From Phycisphaera sp. (GTDB taxonomy: Bacteria > Planctomycetota > Phycisphaerae > Phycisphaerales > UBA1924): a stretch of DNA of 64,000 nucleotides. The translations under genes and the position numbers were made by a program. The number at the start of each line of letters is the position of its first letter. Position 1 is the stretch's first letter. The notes under the pieces are model-generated. The model did not search any database. It had not been told where the DNA came from and saw only the letters and a list, made by a program, of their open reading frames with translations. Where the stretch lies: positions 1,459,575-1,523,574 of the forward strand of contig RHLH01000001.1 of the NCBI GenBank assembly GCA_003712165.1, read 5' to 3'. Shown one piece after another: positions 51,977 to 60,461 of the stretch.

Positions 51977-52366
51977 TCAGTCAGCCAGCTTCGGGCCTTC
52001 TTCGGCACCGGGAGCGCGCTGGATGGCGATCTCGCCGTTGCGCTCCTCGTACTGGCGGATGACCTGCCCGAGGGTGATGGCGAGCCTCTTGGCTGCCGAC
52101 CAGTTCATGATGGTGCGGTTGCCCACCGAGAAGAGCAGGGCGGGCTGGCCGTCCGGGCCCTGGGTGGGGAGGTTCATGCCGAAATCGAGCACGACCTCGT
52201 CGTTGGTGGTGGAGGTGCGGATGGTGTTGGCGTAGGTCGAGGTCATCTTGCTCTCGTCGATACGAAGCTGGACCTGCTGCTGTTGCTGCTGCTCGTCGGC
52301 CATCTGGGTGTCGCCTTTCATCTGGTTTTCGGTTTGTGACGTCGTGGGGCCGGTCTCCGCCGGCAT
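51977..52366 (-). CDS. DUF3467-like small protein with an N-terminal poly-Gln tract
   Basis: TSTYANTIRTSTTNDEVVLDFGMNLP...NRTIMNWSAAKRLAITLGQVIRQYEERNGEI matches my recollection of the DUF3467 pattern. The start is uncertain (ATG at 52366, 52321 or 52303). It lies 26 nt upstream of the GAF-MFP gene. Confidence 0.55.
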   Translation of the reverse strand: MPAETGPTTSQTENQMKGDTQMADEQQQQQQVQLRIDESKMTSTYANTIRTSTTNDEVVLDFGMNLPTQGPDGQPALLFSVGNRTIMNWSAAKRLAITLGQVIRQYEERNGEIAIQRAPGAEEGPKLAD

Positions 52367-52509
52367 TTGGGCCCCGCTCGGAGCCGCTGGGCACTCTGTC
52401 CCTTACCGAAGGCTATGCCACCCGACGGCGAGGTCCAACCTGTCCCGTGATTCGGGTCTAGGTGTCCCAACGGGAAGCCAGGCGAGAAGCTGGGTTATCT
52501 ATAGGGCGA

Positions 52510-53325
52510 TCAGAAGCTCACACGGGCGTGCATGCCGCTGGGCAGCAGCTCGGGGTTGGGCACCTCGATCCGGATGAGCACCTCCCGGACGCTGGCCTCA
52601 CCCGCGGTGCTGATGAAGATGATCTTGCCATCTGCGGGAGCGTCCGTCTCAACATCAAGCCAGACAACACTCGCGGATTGGCCGACCTCAAGCGTGCGAG
52701 ATACGGGAACTGGCACGCTCACGTCGATGCGGACCGGGTTCACCTGCACGATTGTGACCACGGGCGTCTGCTCGTCCACCGTCTCGCCTTCGCGGCGGGA
52801 GATGTTGATGACGTCGCCGTCAATCGTGGAGTGCATGCTCATCTCGTCGAGACGGGCCTGTTCGCGCTCGACGGTGATCCTGCGTTGTTCTGCCTCGAGT
52901 TCTGCCGCTCTGACCTCGACCTTCGCACGATCGACAGAGAATCGTGCCTCGCGGAGATCCTGCTGGTTGGCGCCGCCCTCAGCGCTGGATTGCTCGACGA
53001 GTTCGAGTTCGCGCTCGGCGAAATCGAGCGAGATCCGAGCGAGCTGCAGCCGTGTATCGTCAGCCTGCTGGGCCTGAGCCAGTGCAAGGGATGCCCGCTG
53101 GACAGCATCATCGAGCTTCATGATGTGGTCGCCGACCTTCACCTGATCGCCGGGTTCAACGTTTACATCCGCGATCTTGCCCCGGACCGCAAACGCGAGC
53201 TCGCGCACTTGCGAGGGACGGGAGACGCCCGTGTAGGCACCGGGCTGGGGGATGGTGAGGCCGCCCAGGGTGAGGAATGCCAACGAAGAAGCTGCAGCAG
53301 CCAACAGGATCGCTCGGTTCCGCAT
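52510..53325 (-). CDS. Periplasmic membrane-fusion (HlyD / efflux adaptor) family protein
   Basis: Start MRNRAILLAAAASSLAFLTLGG (signal peptide) with a GGAGGA RBS. Lipoyl-like VRGKIADVNVEPGDQVKVGDHIMKLD, a short coiled coil and a beta-barrel. The longer track ORF runs through the tRNA and is rejected. Confidence 0.75.
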   Translation of the reverse strand: MRNRAILLAAAASSLAFLTLGGLTIPQPGAYTGVSRPSQVRELAFAVRGKIADVNVEPGDQVKVGDHIMKLDDAVQRASLALAQAQQADDTRLQLARISLDFAERELELVEQSSAEGGANQQDLREARFSVDRAKVEVRAAELEAEQRRITVEREQARLDEMSMHSTIDGDVINISRREGETVDEQTPVVTIVQVNPVRIDVSVPVPVSRTLEVGQSASVVWLDVETDAPADGKIIFISTAGEASVREVLIRIEVPNPELLPSGMHARVSF

Positions 53326-53392
53326 CGGGAGGTCCTCCGAATAAAGTGGATCATCGGGTTGAGAGGTCGCTGGTCTGTAGCGACTTGTTGAA

Positions 53393-53476
53393 TGCCGGAG
53401 GGGGGACTTGAACCCCCACTCTGTTTCCAGAAGTGGATTTTGAATCCACCGCGTCTGCCAATTCCGCCACTCCGGC
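53393..53476 (-). tRNA. tRNA-Leu (CAA anticodon), type II with long variable arm
   Basis: Minus strand: GCCGGAG-TG-GCG..CGC, anticodon arm GTGGA-TTCAAAA-TCCAC, variable arm TCTGGAAACAGA, T arm GGGGG-TTCAAGT-CCCCC, acceptor CTCCGGC, discriminator A. No encoded CCA. Confidence 0.9.
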
Positions 53477-53639
53477 TTTGAGGCGATCATGCACCGGGCA
53501 GCCCCCAAGGTCAACTGCTTCCTCTGGCGCTTGGTCCGATGCGGGCAGGGTTCTACACTTGTCTCCTGTCCAAACCCCGACCCGGCCGGCGCCGGGGCGG
53601 TTTCTGTGAGCCATACGTACCCAGCCGAGGGAAGATCCA

Positions 53640-55001
53640 ATGTCCGAGTCCACCGAGCAGCGAATCAGCACGTGCACCGTTTCAGACGCGGGGCCCTGCC
53701 TCAAGCGGCTCAGCATCGAAGTCCCGGCTGACGTCGTCACCGAGCGGATCGACGAGTCTTTCGACACCCTGATCAGCGAGGCCGCCCTCCCGGGCTTCCG
53801 CAAGGGGCACGCCCCCAAGGGTCTCATCGAGAAGCGGTTCGGCGATTCAGTCCGAGGCGAAACCAAGAGCCAGCTCGTCGCGACCGCGTATTCGGAGTCG
53901 ATCGAGGAGCACGGCATCAAGGTCGTCGGTGATCCGATCTCCGAGTCGCTCCCCGATGCCAAGCTTGAGAAGGGCCAGCCCCTGAAATTCGAAGTGGACG
54001 TCGAGGTGATGCCCACGTTCGACTTGCCCGAACTCGACAAGCTGGCGATCAAGAAGCCCGTTCTCGATGTGGATGACTCGGTCGTCGCCGACGAGATCGA
54101 GAAGCTCACGCTCGCAGAGGGCGAGCTCGAAGAGCAGGAGACTGCTGCTGCCGGGGATTACATCTCTGGCCACGGCATCATGAAGGCCGGCGACGAGGTC
54201 ATCCACGACATCCCCGGCGCGGTTGTTCAGGTGCCCACCGACAAGGAAGGCATGATCCTTGGTGTGATGGTTGCCGACTTCGCCAAGCAGCTTGGCAAGC
54301 CCAAGGCCGGTGACGAGGTCTCGATCAAGACCAAGGGTCCGGAGCACCACGAGGTTGAGGCTGTCCGCGGGCAGGACCTGGATATCACGTTCAAGGTCGA
54401 GCGCGTTGATCGCATCATCCCCGCGGAGATCGATCCACTGCTTGAGCGTTTCGGCCTGGAATCCAAGGAGAAGCTTGAGGAGGCGATCAAGAACCGCCTC
54501 GAGCAGCGTGCCGCTGTTGAGCAGCAGATGGTCATGCGTCAGCAGGTCGCGAGCCATCTCCTCAAGAACGTTGACATGGAACTCCCCGAGCGTCTGACCG
54601 CCAAGCAGAGCGAGCGGATGCTCCAGCGGAAACGCGCCGAGCTGATGTACAGAGGCGTCGATCCGATGGAGATTGAAACGAACATCGCAAAGCTCCGCGA
54701 AGCGTCAGCGAGCGAAGCCTCCCGCGAGACCAAGCTCTTCTTCATGCTGAGCAAGGTCTCCGAAGATCGCGGCGTGCAGATCCAGCAGGCCGAGGTCGAC
54801 GGCGCGATCGCACAGATGGCCTTCCGCCAGGGCGTGCGTCCGGAAGGCTTGCGTCAGCAACTGATCCAGAACAAGCAGATCGGCACCATCGTCCAGCAGG
54901 TCATGGAGCACAAGGCTCTCGACTCGATCATCTCGACCGCGGAGATCGAAGAGGTCAGCAAAGACGAGTGGGAGAAGTTTGCCAAAGAGCAGAACAACTG
55001 A
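53640..55001 (+). CDS. tig: Trigger factor
   Basis: 453 aa. Ribosome-binding signature region LPGFRKGHAPKGLIEKRFG, a central FKBP-like region and a C-terminal helical arm domain. Confidence 0.92.
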   Translation: MSESTEQRISTCTVSDAGPCLKRLSIEVPADVVTERIDESFDTLISEAALPGFRKGHAPKGLIEKRFGDSVRGETKSQLVATAYSESIEEHGIKVVGDPISESLPDAKLEKGQPLKFEVDVEVMPTFDLPELDKLAIKKPVLDVDDSVVADEIEKLTLAEGELEEQETAAAGDYISGHGIMKAGDEVIHDIPGAVVQVPTDKEGMILGVMVADFAKQLGKPKAGDEVSIKTKGPEHHEVEAVRGQDLDITFKVERVDRIIPAEIDPLLERFGLESKEKLEEAIKNRLEQRAAVEQQMVMRQQVASHLLKNVDMELPERLTAKQSERMLQRKRAELMYRGVDPMEIETNIAKLREASASEASRETKLFFMLSKVSEDRGVQIQQAEVDGAIAQMAFRQGVRPEGLRQQLIQNKQIGTIVQQVMEHKALDSIISTAEIEEVSKDEWEKFAKEQNN

Positions 55002-55016
55002 TCTGGCAAAGACAAA

Positions 55017-55034
55017 GCCCCGCACGCGCGGGGC
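55017..55034. terminator. GC hairpin after tig
   Basis: GCCCCGC-acgc-GCGGGGC, 16 nt after the tig stop. No clear U-tract. Confidence 0.35.
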
Positions 55035-55059
55035 CTGATCCAATCAGGAATTGACTCAG

Positions 55060-55094
55060 CCGGACGCTTTATCTGAAGCGTCCGGTTGTTCTTT
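55060..55094 (+). terminator. Intrinsic terminator (plus orientation) between convergent genes
   Basis: CCGGACGCTT-tatctg-AAGCGTCCGG followed by TTGTTCTTT. Confidence 0.55.
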
Positions 55095-55494
55095 AGGCGT
55101 GCTCTTCGTCGTCGATGGACTCGTCATCGGGCAGGGCAGCGATCTCGAGTTCATCCGATTTGGCACTCGCGCTGATGGTGCCGCACTTGGGACAGATGAC
55201 TCCGTACTGGCCGGGAGGCTCGTTGTCGAGTTTTTCACCGCAGCCGATGCAGACAGGATTGCTGAGCTGAGCCGCAACCTTGTTGACGACCAAAGCCGCC
55301 ACGGCGAAAGCTCCGACGACAACTGGGAGGGTTGGCAAGATGCTCATAGAGAGGAGCCCAAGCGTCGCCAGTCCGAGGCCCAAGACGATACCGAACGCGC
55401 GGAGTCGGAGCTTGTGCAGGTACGCGATCTGCTTCTCGACCGCCAGTCGCTTCGACCTGTACCACTCTCTCAGCATGGCGACTCCCTGGCCCAC
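55093..55494 (-). CDS. Small membrane protein with a C-terminal zinc-ribbon (CxxC...CxxC) and acidic tail
   Basis: 133 aa with two hydrophobic helices (FGIVLGLGLATLGLLSMSIL, VVVGAFAVAALVV), then CIGCGEKLDNEPPGQYGVICPKCG. Preferred over the antisense N-terminal extension of the 55051 ORF. Confidence 0.5.
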   Translation of the reverse strand: MGQGVAMLREWYRSKRLAVEKQIAYLHKLRLRAFGIVLGLGLATLGLLSMSILPTLPVVVGAFAVAALVVNKVAAQLSNPVCIGCGEKLDNEPPGQYGVICPKCGTISASAKSDELEIAALPDDESIDDEEHA

Positions 55495-55575
55495 ACCATC
55501 TTGTGGGGCAGCAGTACTGTATCGTCATCTGGATCGCAGGGCGAACAGGCCGCTGGCGGGTTTAGAGTGCTCTTC

Positions 55576-57060
55576 ATGAGAATCCTGCATGTGAACTTCG
55601 TACCGCTCGTCGAGGGCCCCGCCCGGGCCGGGGGGGTCGCGGGCTACATGCAGAATCTGGCACTCTGCCAGCGAGATCTGGGCCACACGGTAGGGGCCTT
55701 GTCGAGCGGCGACGGGTATAAACCAGACTTACAGGGTCGGGGCCTCGGCAGGGTTCATTGGCGTCAGATCGAGCCTTGGCGGGGTATTGACAGGCTCAGG
55801 ATCGTCAATTCTCCGATCCTGGCCCCGGCGCTGTGGCAGTTCGGGCGAGCAGAAGCTGACGGGGCGGACCCTGCGCTCGAGGGGATCTTCTCTGAGATCG
55901 TGACTCAGTGGCGAGCGGATGTCGTTCACTTCCACACGCTTGAGGGGCTTACTGCTTCGTGCATCCAGGCCGCCAAGAACGCGGGTAGCCGGGTCGTCAT
56001 GAGCCTGCACAACCACCACGCGTTCTGTCCTCAAGTGTACCTGATGAGAGGCAGACGCATCCCTTGTGTCGATTATGAGGGTGGCAGAGCCTGCGTGGAG
56101 TGCGAGCAATCGATTGACATCAAGTCAGAGCAGTTCCGGCGAGCGGGATTGATGGAAACCAGTCCACCAAGCATCGAGCCGCCGCCTTTGGCGCCGATCA
56201 TGCGATTCGAAGAAGACGGTTCGTTCTCGGCCGAAACTCAGGTTCTGATCGAGCAGAGCCACGCGCTTTGGCAGCCGCTGGACAACGTGCCGCCCGATTC
56301 TGATCTCGCGCGAGAGTCTCACAACGGTTACGGAGATCGGCGTCGCGCGATGGCCGGTGCTTTATCTGAATGCGATCGCGTGCTCGCGGTGTCCGAATTT
56401 GTGCGCAGTCTCGCGGTATCGATGGGAGTCAGAGAAAGCCAAGTGGTCGTGCAGCCGATCGGGACGCTCCCATGCGAGCGGCTCGCGATGCCCAAGCGGG
56501 GCGAGCACGATCCGCTGAGGGTCGTGTTTCTCGGGTTCAACAACTACTACAAGGGCCTGGCGATGTTTGTAGACGCGATCGGGTTCCTGCCGGCGGCATT
56601 GCGGAGCCGGGTTCACCTGTCTGCGTTTGGTCCGGGGTGTCCTTCGATTCGTGAGCGGGCAGAAGCGATCCGGCCAGGCCTCGCTGGGCTCGAAATGGGA
56701 GGGCCGTACTCCAGGGAGGATCTTCCAGATCTGCTCCGAGATCGTCATATCGGGATCGTCCCGTCCGTCTGGTGGGACAACGGGCCCCAGACACTGATGG
56801 AGTTTCAGGCGAGGGGAATCCCTGTGCTTGGAGCTGACTTGGGTGGAATCCCGGATCGGATCGAGCACGGTGTGAACGGGTTGCTGTTTAGGGGCAACGA
56901 TCGCAGGGATGCAGCCGAGCAGCTCAAGAGGCTTCTGACAGAGCGTGGTCTCTTGGGCAGGCTTTGGGGAGGGACCGAGCCGGGCCCGACGATCGCCGAA
57001 CATTCGGCTGAGGTTGTCGGTGTGTATGAAGAATTGCTAGAGTCATCTCCGCGCTCATGA
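55576..57060 (+). CDS. GT-B fold glycosyltransferase (family 4/1-like) with a Cys-rich insertion
   Basis: Start MRILHVNFVPL (typical GT4 N-terminus). C-terminal sugar-donor block WWDNGPQTLMEFQARGIPVLGADLGGIPDRIEHGVNGLLF. Insertion HNHHAFCPQVYLMRGRRIPCVDYEGGRACVEC. Confidence 0.8.
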   Translation: MRILHVNFVPLVEGPARAGGVAGYMQNLALCQRDLGHTVGALSSGDGYKPDLQGRGLGRVHWRQIEPWRGIDRLRIVNSPILAPALWQFGRAEADGADPALEGIFSEIVTQWRADVVHFHTLEGLTASCIQAAKNAGSRVVMSLHNHHAFCPQVYLMRGRRIPCVDYEGGRACVECEQSIDIKSEQFRRAGLMETSPPSIEPPPLAPIMRFEEDGSFSAETQVLIEQSHALWQPLDNVPPDSDLARESHNGYGDRRRAMAGALSECDRVLAVSEFVRSLAVSMGVRESQVVVQPIGTLPCERLAMPKRGEHDPLRVVFLGFNNYYKGLAMFVDAIGFLPAALRSRVHLSAFGPGCPSIRERAEAIRPGLAGLEMGGPYSREDLPDLLRDRHIGIVPSVWWDNGPQTLMEFQARGIPVLGADLGGIPDRIEHGVNGLLFRGNDRRDAAEQLKRLLTERGLLGRLWGGTEPGPTIAEHSAEVVGVYEELLESSPRS

Positions 57061-58757
57061 TGGGGACGCAGAGCTGGGCTGACGGAGTAGCTGTGCAGGA
57101 AACGCAGACAAAGCCCACGCAGGACGCCGTACCGACGACAGGAGGCACCGCTCCTCGCGCGACCGCTGTGGTTGTCGCTGTGGTTGTGACATGGAACCGT
57201 AAAGAGATGGTTGCTGGCGTCATCGATGCGCTGGTTGCGCAGGCGAGGGCGTGTCCGTCGCTGCATGTTGTTGTCGTGGACAACTCATCGACAGACGGCA
57301 CCAGCGATTATCTCACCAAGAAGTACAGCCCTGAGAGGGTGGTTCGGAACGCAACTGAGGCTGCGCTCTCGCCGAGTTTCGTGGATGAAACCGCCAACGA
57401 GGCAGGAAACGTGCCGGGGTTTGCGTCGTTTACAGTCGTGCGTAATCTGCACAACCTCGGTGGTTGTGGCGGGTTCAACACCGGGTTCAAGTACGTCGAG
57501 CATCGTTTCGGAAGGTTCGGCTCCCAGGACGCGCCTGACTTCGTCTGGCTGTTGGATGATGATATCGACCTTCCCGCCGAGGCACTCACGAAACTGCTCG
57601 ACGCGGCGAAAAGCGACCAGAGCATCGCTCTCGTTGGGTCGCGCACAGTCGATATCGGTGACCGGCGATCGACGATTGAGAGCACGATTTACTTTGACCC
57701 TGCATCGGGTCTCATGGGGCCGGACCCTGCGCCCGGGCACGAGTTCGCCGACGAGCATCAGCGCTGGATCGACGACACGCGTGACGAGGCGGGCAATCGT
57801 GTGTTTTCGGGTGTGCGAGACGTGGATATTGTGAGCGCGTGCAGCATGCTCGCTCGATGGCGTGATGTCTGCAAGGTCGGGTTCTGGGATGAGCGTTTCT
57901 TCATCTACTGTGACGATGCCGACTGGTGTCTGCGTTTTCGGGGTCAGGGCAAGCGGGTCGTTTGCGCACTCGACGCGATTGTGTTCCACACTCCCTGGAC
58001 ACACAAGCTGACATCCGAACGGGGTTACTACCTCAACCGCAATCTCGCCTGGATGATCCGGCACAACGTGAAGGAGCCGATGCTTAGGCGGACGCTCTTC
58101 AAGTGGGCCGCGAGGCTAATGAGTCAGGCGAAGACCGCGATCCTGAATCGCAGAATCCACGAAGCCGACCTGCTCATGCGAGCGGTCTCCGATTCGATCC
58201 GCAGCAAGGGCGGCAAGCTCGACACGAAGCCGACTGATCGGTACACCGCTCTGCAGGCACTCGGAGCGTGCAACGCGCTCGGGAAGAACGTTGTGCTCGT
58301 TTGCCCGGGACGGCACGCGTACATGCAGGCAGAGCTCTTCCGGGCGCACGTGATCAACGGGCTTGTGCAGGGTGGCCGTGCATCAGAGATTCCGAAATGG
58401 ATCGTGCTTGCACATGTGGATTCACCTGCGCCAGAGCACGGGGGCGAATCGCCGGCGGCCGGTCAACACAGACCCGAACTGCGGTTCTACGAACATGATC
58501 GTTTCAACAAACTCGATGCGCAGCTCGATTGGCTGAGGCATCCTCCGCAAGCAGTGGTCGTGTTTGATGGCAAGTCTGACTTCCCGATGCTGCGAGGGAT
58601 GCGAACAATGCACGTCTCGAGCAATGATTACGACGCGGTTCGTGTTGAGCGAGATGGTTTGCGTGTCAAGCTGGGGCTGATTGCGCGTTGGTTTGTGCTC
58701 GGAGTTCGGGTGGTCTGGAGCGTTCTGCGTGCAAAGCGCATCGAAGCGTCGGTTTAG
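57057..58757 (+). CDS. GT-A fold glycosyltransferase family 2
   Basis: 566 aa. The ATG overlaps the upstream stop (ATGA). VVVVTWNRKEMV...VVVVDNSSTDGT, and DDDI (DxD). Confidence 0.8.
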   Translation: MMGTQSWADGVAVQETQTKPTQDAVPTTGGTAPRATAVVVAVVVTWNRKEMVAGVIDALVAQARACPSLHVVVVDNSSTDGTSDYLTKKYSPERVVRNATEAALSPSFVDETANEAGNVPGFASFTVVRNLHNLGGCGGFNTGFKYVEHRFGRFGSQDAPDFVWLLDDDIDLPAEALTKLLDAAKSDQSIALVGSRTVDIGDRRSTIESTIYFDPASGLMGPDPAPGHEFADEHQRWIDDTRDEAGNRVFSGVRDVDIVSACSMLARWRDVCKVGFWDERFFIYCDDADWCLRFRGQGKRVVCALDAIVFHTPWTHKLTSERGYYLNRNLAWMIRHNVKEPMLRRTLFKWAARLMSQAKTAILNRRIHEADLLMRAVSDSIRSKGGKLDTKPTDRYTALQALGACNALGKNVVLVCPGRHAYMQAELFRAHVINGLVQGGRASEIPKWIVLAHVDSPAPEHGGESPAAGQHRPELRFYEHDRFNKLDAQLDWLRHPPQAVVVFDGKSDFPMLRGMRTMHVSSNDYDAVRVERDGLRVKLGLIARWFVLGVRVVWSVLRAKRIEASV

Positions 58758-58771
58758 GAGGCGGGGTTGTG

Positions 58772-60457
58772 ATGGATCAGCCCACGGGCACACCTGAGTG
58801 GCCTACGACCGATTCGCCCCTCACGATTGCGGTGCTTGGATGGGCGAGGCTTGCCCTACAGGCGGCCGAAGGGACCGGGTACAACCTGAGCGCATCAGAA
58901 CTCGCAGCGGGGCTTGCGATGATGGGGCACAGGGTTCTCTATCTGTCGAGCGGGTTTAGGTACTCGGTTGTGCCGGGTATGCGTGTTCGTCATCGCGAGA
59001 CCTGGCGTGGTGTGGAGTGCTTCGAGGTCATCAACAGCCCGAATCTCTCGCCGAGTGCCGCGAACTTTAAGAACCCTATGCAGGAAACCAGTTCCGAAAA
59101 GCAGTCTTCGGTGGTAGCTAGCTTTCTTGCAAACAAGGGCGTCAAGATCGTGCACTCGCACTCGCTCGAGGGGCAGGGGCTTGATCTGATCAGAGAGCTC
59201 AAGTCTCGCGACATCCGCACAGTTGTCACGCTTCACAACTACTGGCACGTCTGCCCACAGGTTGATCTGATTTACCAAGAGCACGAGCTCTGCTTCGATT
59301 ACGACGGCGGGCGGCGGTGTGACGATTGTCTTGAGGAGTCATCGCCACGCGTGAAGAAGCTCAAGCGGATTCTGAACCGGTCGGCCGAGCGGGTGCTGGG
59401 GCCGAAGCAGTCGGAGCTGATCAGGCTCAAGTCCAAGCGCGTGCTCAGCAAAGCCCTCAACGGGGACGGCGAAGAAGCCCAGCCCAGCGCGGTCAATCGG
59501 AACACTCGACCCGATCCTGAGGTCGCGCGTGGGCACGACGCGAGTGGTAACAACGAGGGGTTGATTGACCATACATTCGCGGATTCGAGCATCAAGATGG
59601 GCAAAGAGCCTGTTTGTCTCGATCTCGATGCAAACGAGCAGTTTCTCAGTAAGGGCGATGTGCATCTTAAGGTGCTCAACGACTATGGCAAGCGACGTGA
59701 GATAGGCATCGCGGCTCTGAACGAAGCGGACCTTGTGATACCGCCTTCGGAGTTCAATTCGAGACTGCACGCCTCGATGGGTGTCGATGAGAGCAGGCTG
59801 CGAGTGGTCCGTTACGGCCAGCCGCACTTCGATCAGATCAACCGGAAGGCCAGGCGGTCGCCGTTCTATGACAGGGTTCCGTGGAGCGCCGATGACGCGA
59901 CCAGACCTCTTCGGTTCGGGTTCTTCGGGACTGTTCGACCGAACAAGGGGCTGGAAGTGCTCGTTCGCGCGATCGACCAGCTCGAACCCGGTGCCCGCAG
60001 ACGCTGCCAATTCGTGATCCGTGCGCACGGGGGCGACTGGGCGTTCCGGAAGCGGATGGCCAAGTATCCGGAGGTCAACTTCCTCGGCGGGTACGACTTG
60101 ATCCAGCTCATTGCATCATCGGGTGAGTACGACGTGGGTGTGCTGCCGCACATCTGGTTTGATAACTCACCGCTGGTGATGTGGGAGCATCTGCACGCGG
60201 GTAAGCCCATCATCGCGGCGAGGCTCGGGGGCGCGGCTGATACGATCAAGCCCATCGATAAAGCCAGTAGCCAACCCGGCAACGGACTCTTCTTCCCAGG
60301 CGGGTGTCCCGACAAGCTCGCTGAACGCATCACCCAGTTGGTGACCGGTGAGATCCCGATCCCGAGCGCAAAGTCGGTACACGAGGCGTCCACGCTCACG
60401 AGCTACCCGGCGCACGTGAGTGAGGTGGACGGGATATATCAGGAACTGATGGGCTAA
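58772..60457 (+). CDS. GT-B fold glycosyltransferase (family 4/1-like), paralogue of 55576-57060 with the same Cys-rich insertion
   Basis: ATG 58772 follows an AGGAGG RBS. IWFDNSPLVMWEHLHAGKPIIAARLGGAADTI. Insertion HNYWHVCPQVDLIYQEHELCFDYDGGRRCDDC. Confidence 0.8.
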   Translation: MDQPTGTPEWPTTDSPLTIAVLGWARLALQAAEGTGYNLSASELAAGLAMMGHRVLYLSSGFRYSVVPGMRVRHRETWRGVECFEVINSPNLSPSAANFKNPMQETSSEKQSSVVASFLANKGVKIVHSHSLEGQGLDLIRELKSRDIRTVVTLHNYWHVCPQVDLIYQEHELCFDYDGGRRCDDCLEESSPRVKKLKRILNRSAERVLGPKQSELIRLKSKRVLSKALNGDGEEAQPSAVNRNTRPDPEVARGHDASGNNEGLIDHTFADSSIKMGKEPVCLDLDANEQFLSKGDVHLKVLNDYGKRREIGIAALNEADLVIPPSEFNSRLHASMGVDESRLRVVRYGQPHFDQINRKARRSPFYDRVPWSADDATRPLRFGFFGTVRPNKGLEVLVRAIDQLEPGARRRCQFVIRAHGGDWAFRKRMAKYPEVNFLGGYDLIQLIASSGEYDVGVLPHIWFDNSPLVMWEHLHAGKPIIAARLGGAADTIKPIDKASSQPGNGLFFPGGCPDKLAERITQLVTGEIPIPSAKSVHEASTLTSYPAHVSEVDGIYQELMG

Positions 60458-60461
60458 CCGA

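Noticed and set aside
45557-53476. Genomic island integrated at tRNA-Leu
   Set aside because: I noticed no integrase, transposase or direct repeat of the tRNA 3' end, and composition looks like the flanks. tRNA adjacency alone is insufficient.
53326-53640. Upstream extension of the MFP ORF (track 52510-53640)
   Set aside because: The extension reads straight through the tRNA-Leu gene. A signal peptide and a GGAGGA RBS mark the real start at 53325.
55051-55575. 175-aa N-terminal extension of the glycosyltransferase ORF
   Set aside because: The extension has no GT-like sequence and is antisense to a more plausible membrane zinc-ribbon gene. MRILHV at 55576 is a typical GT4 start.
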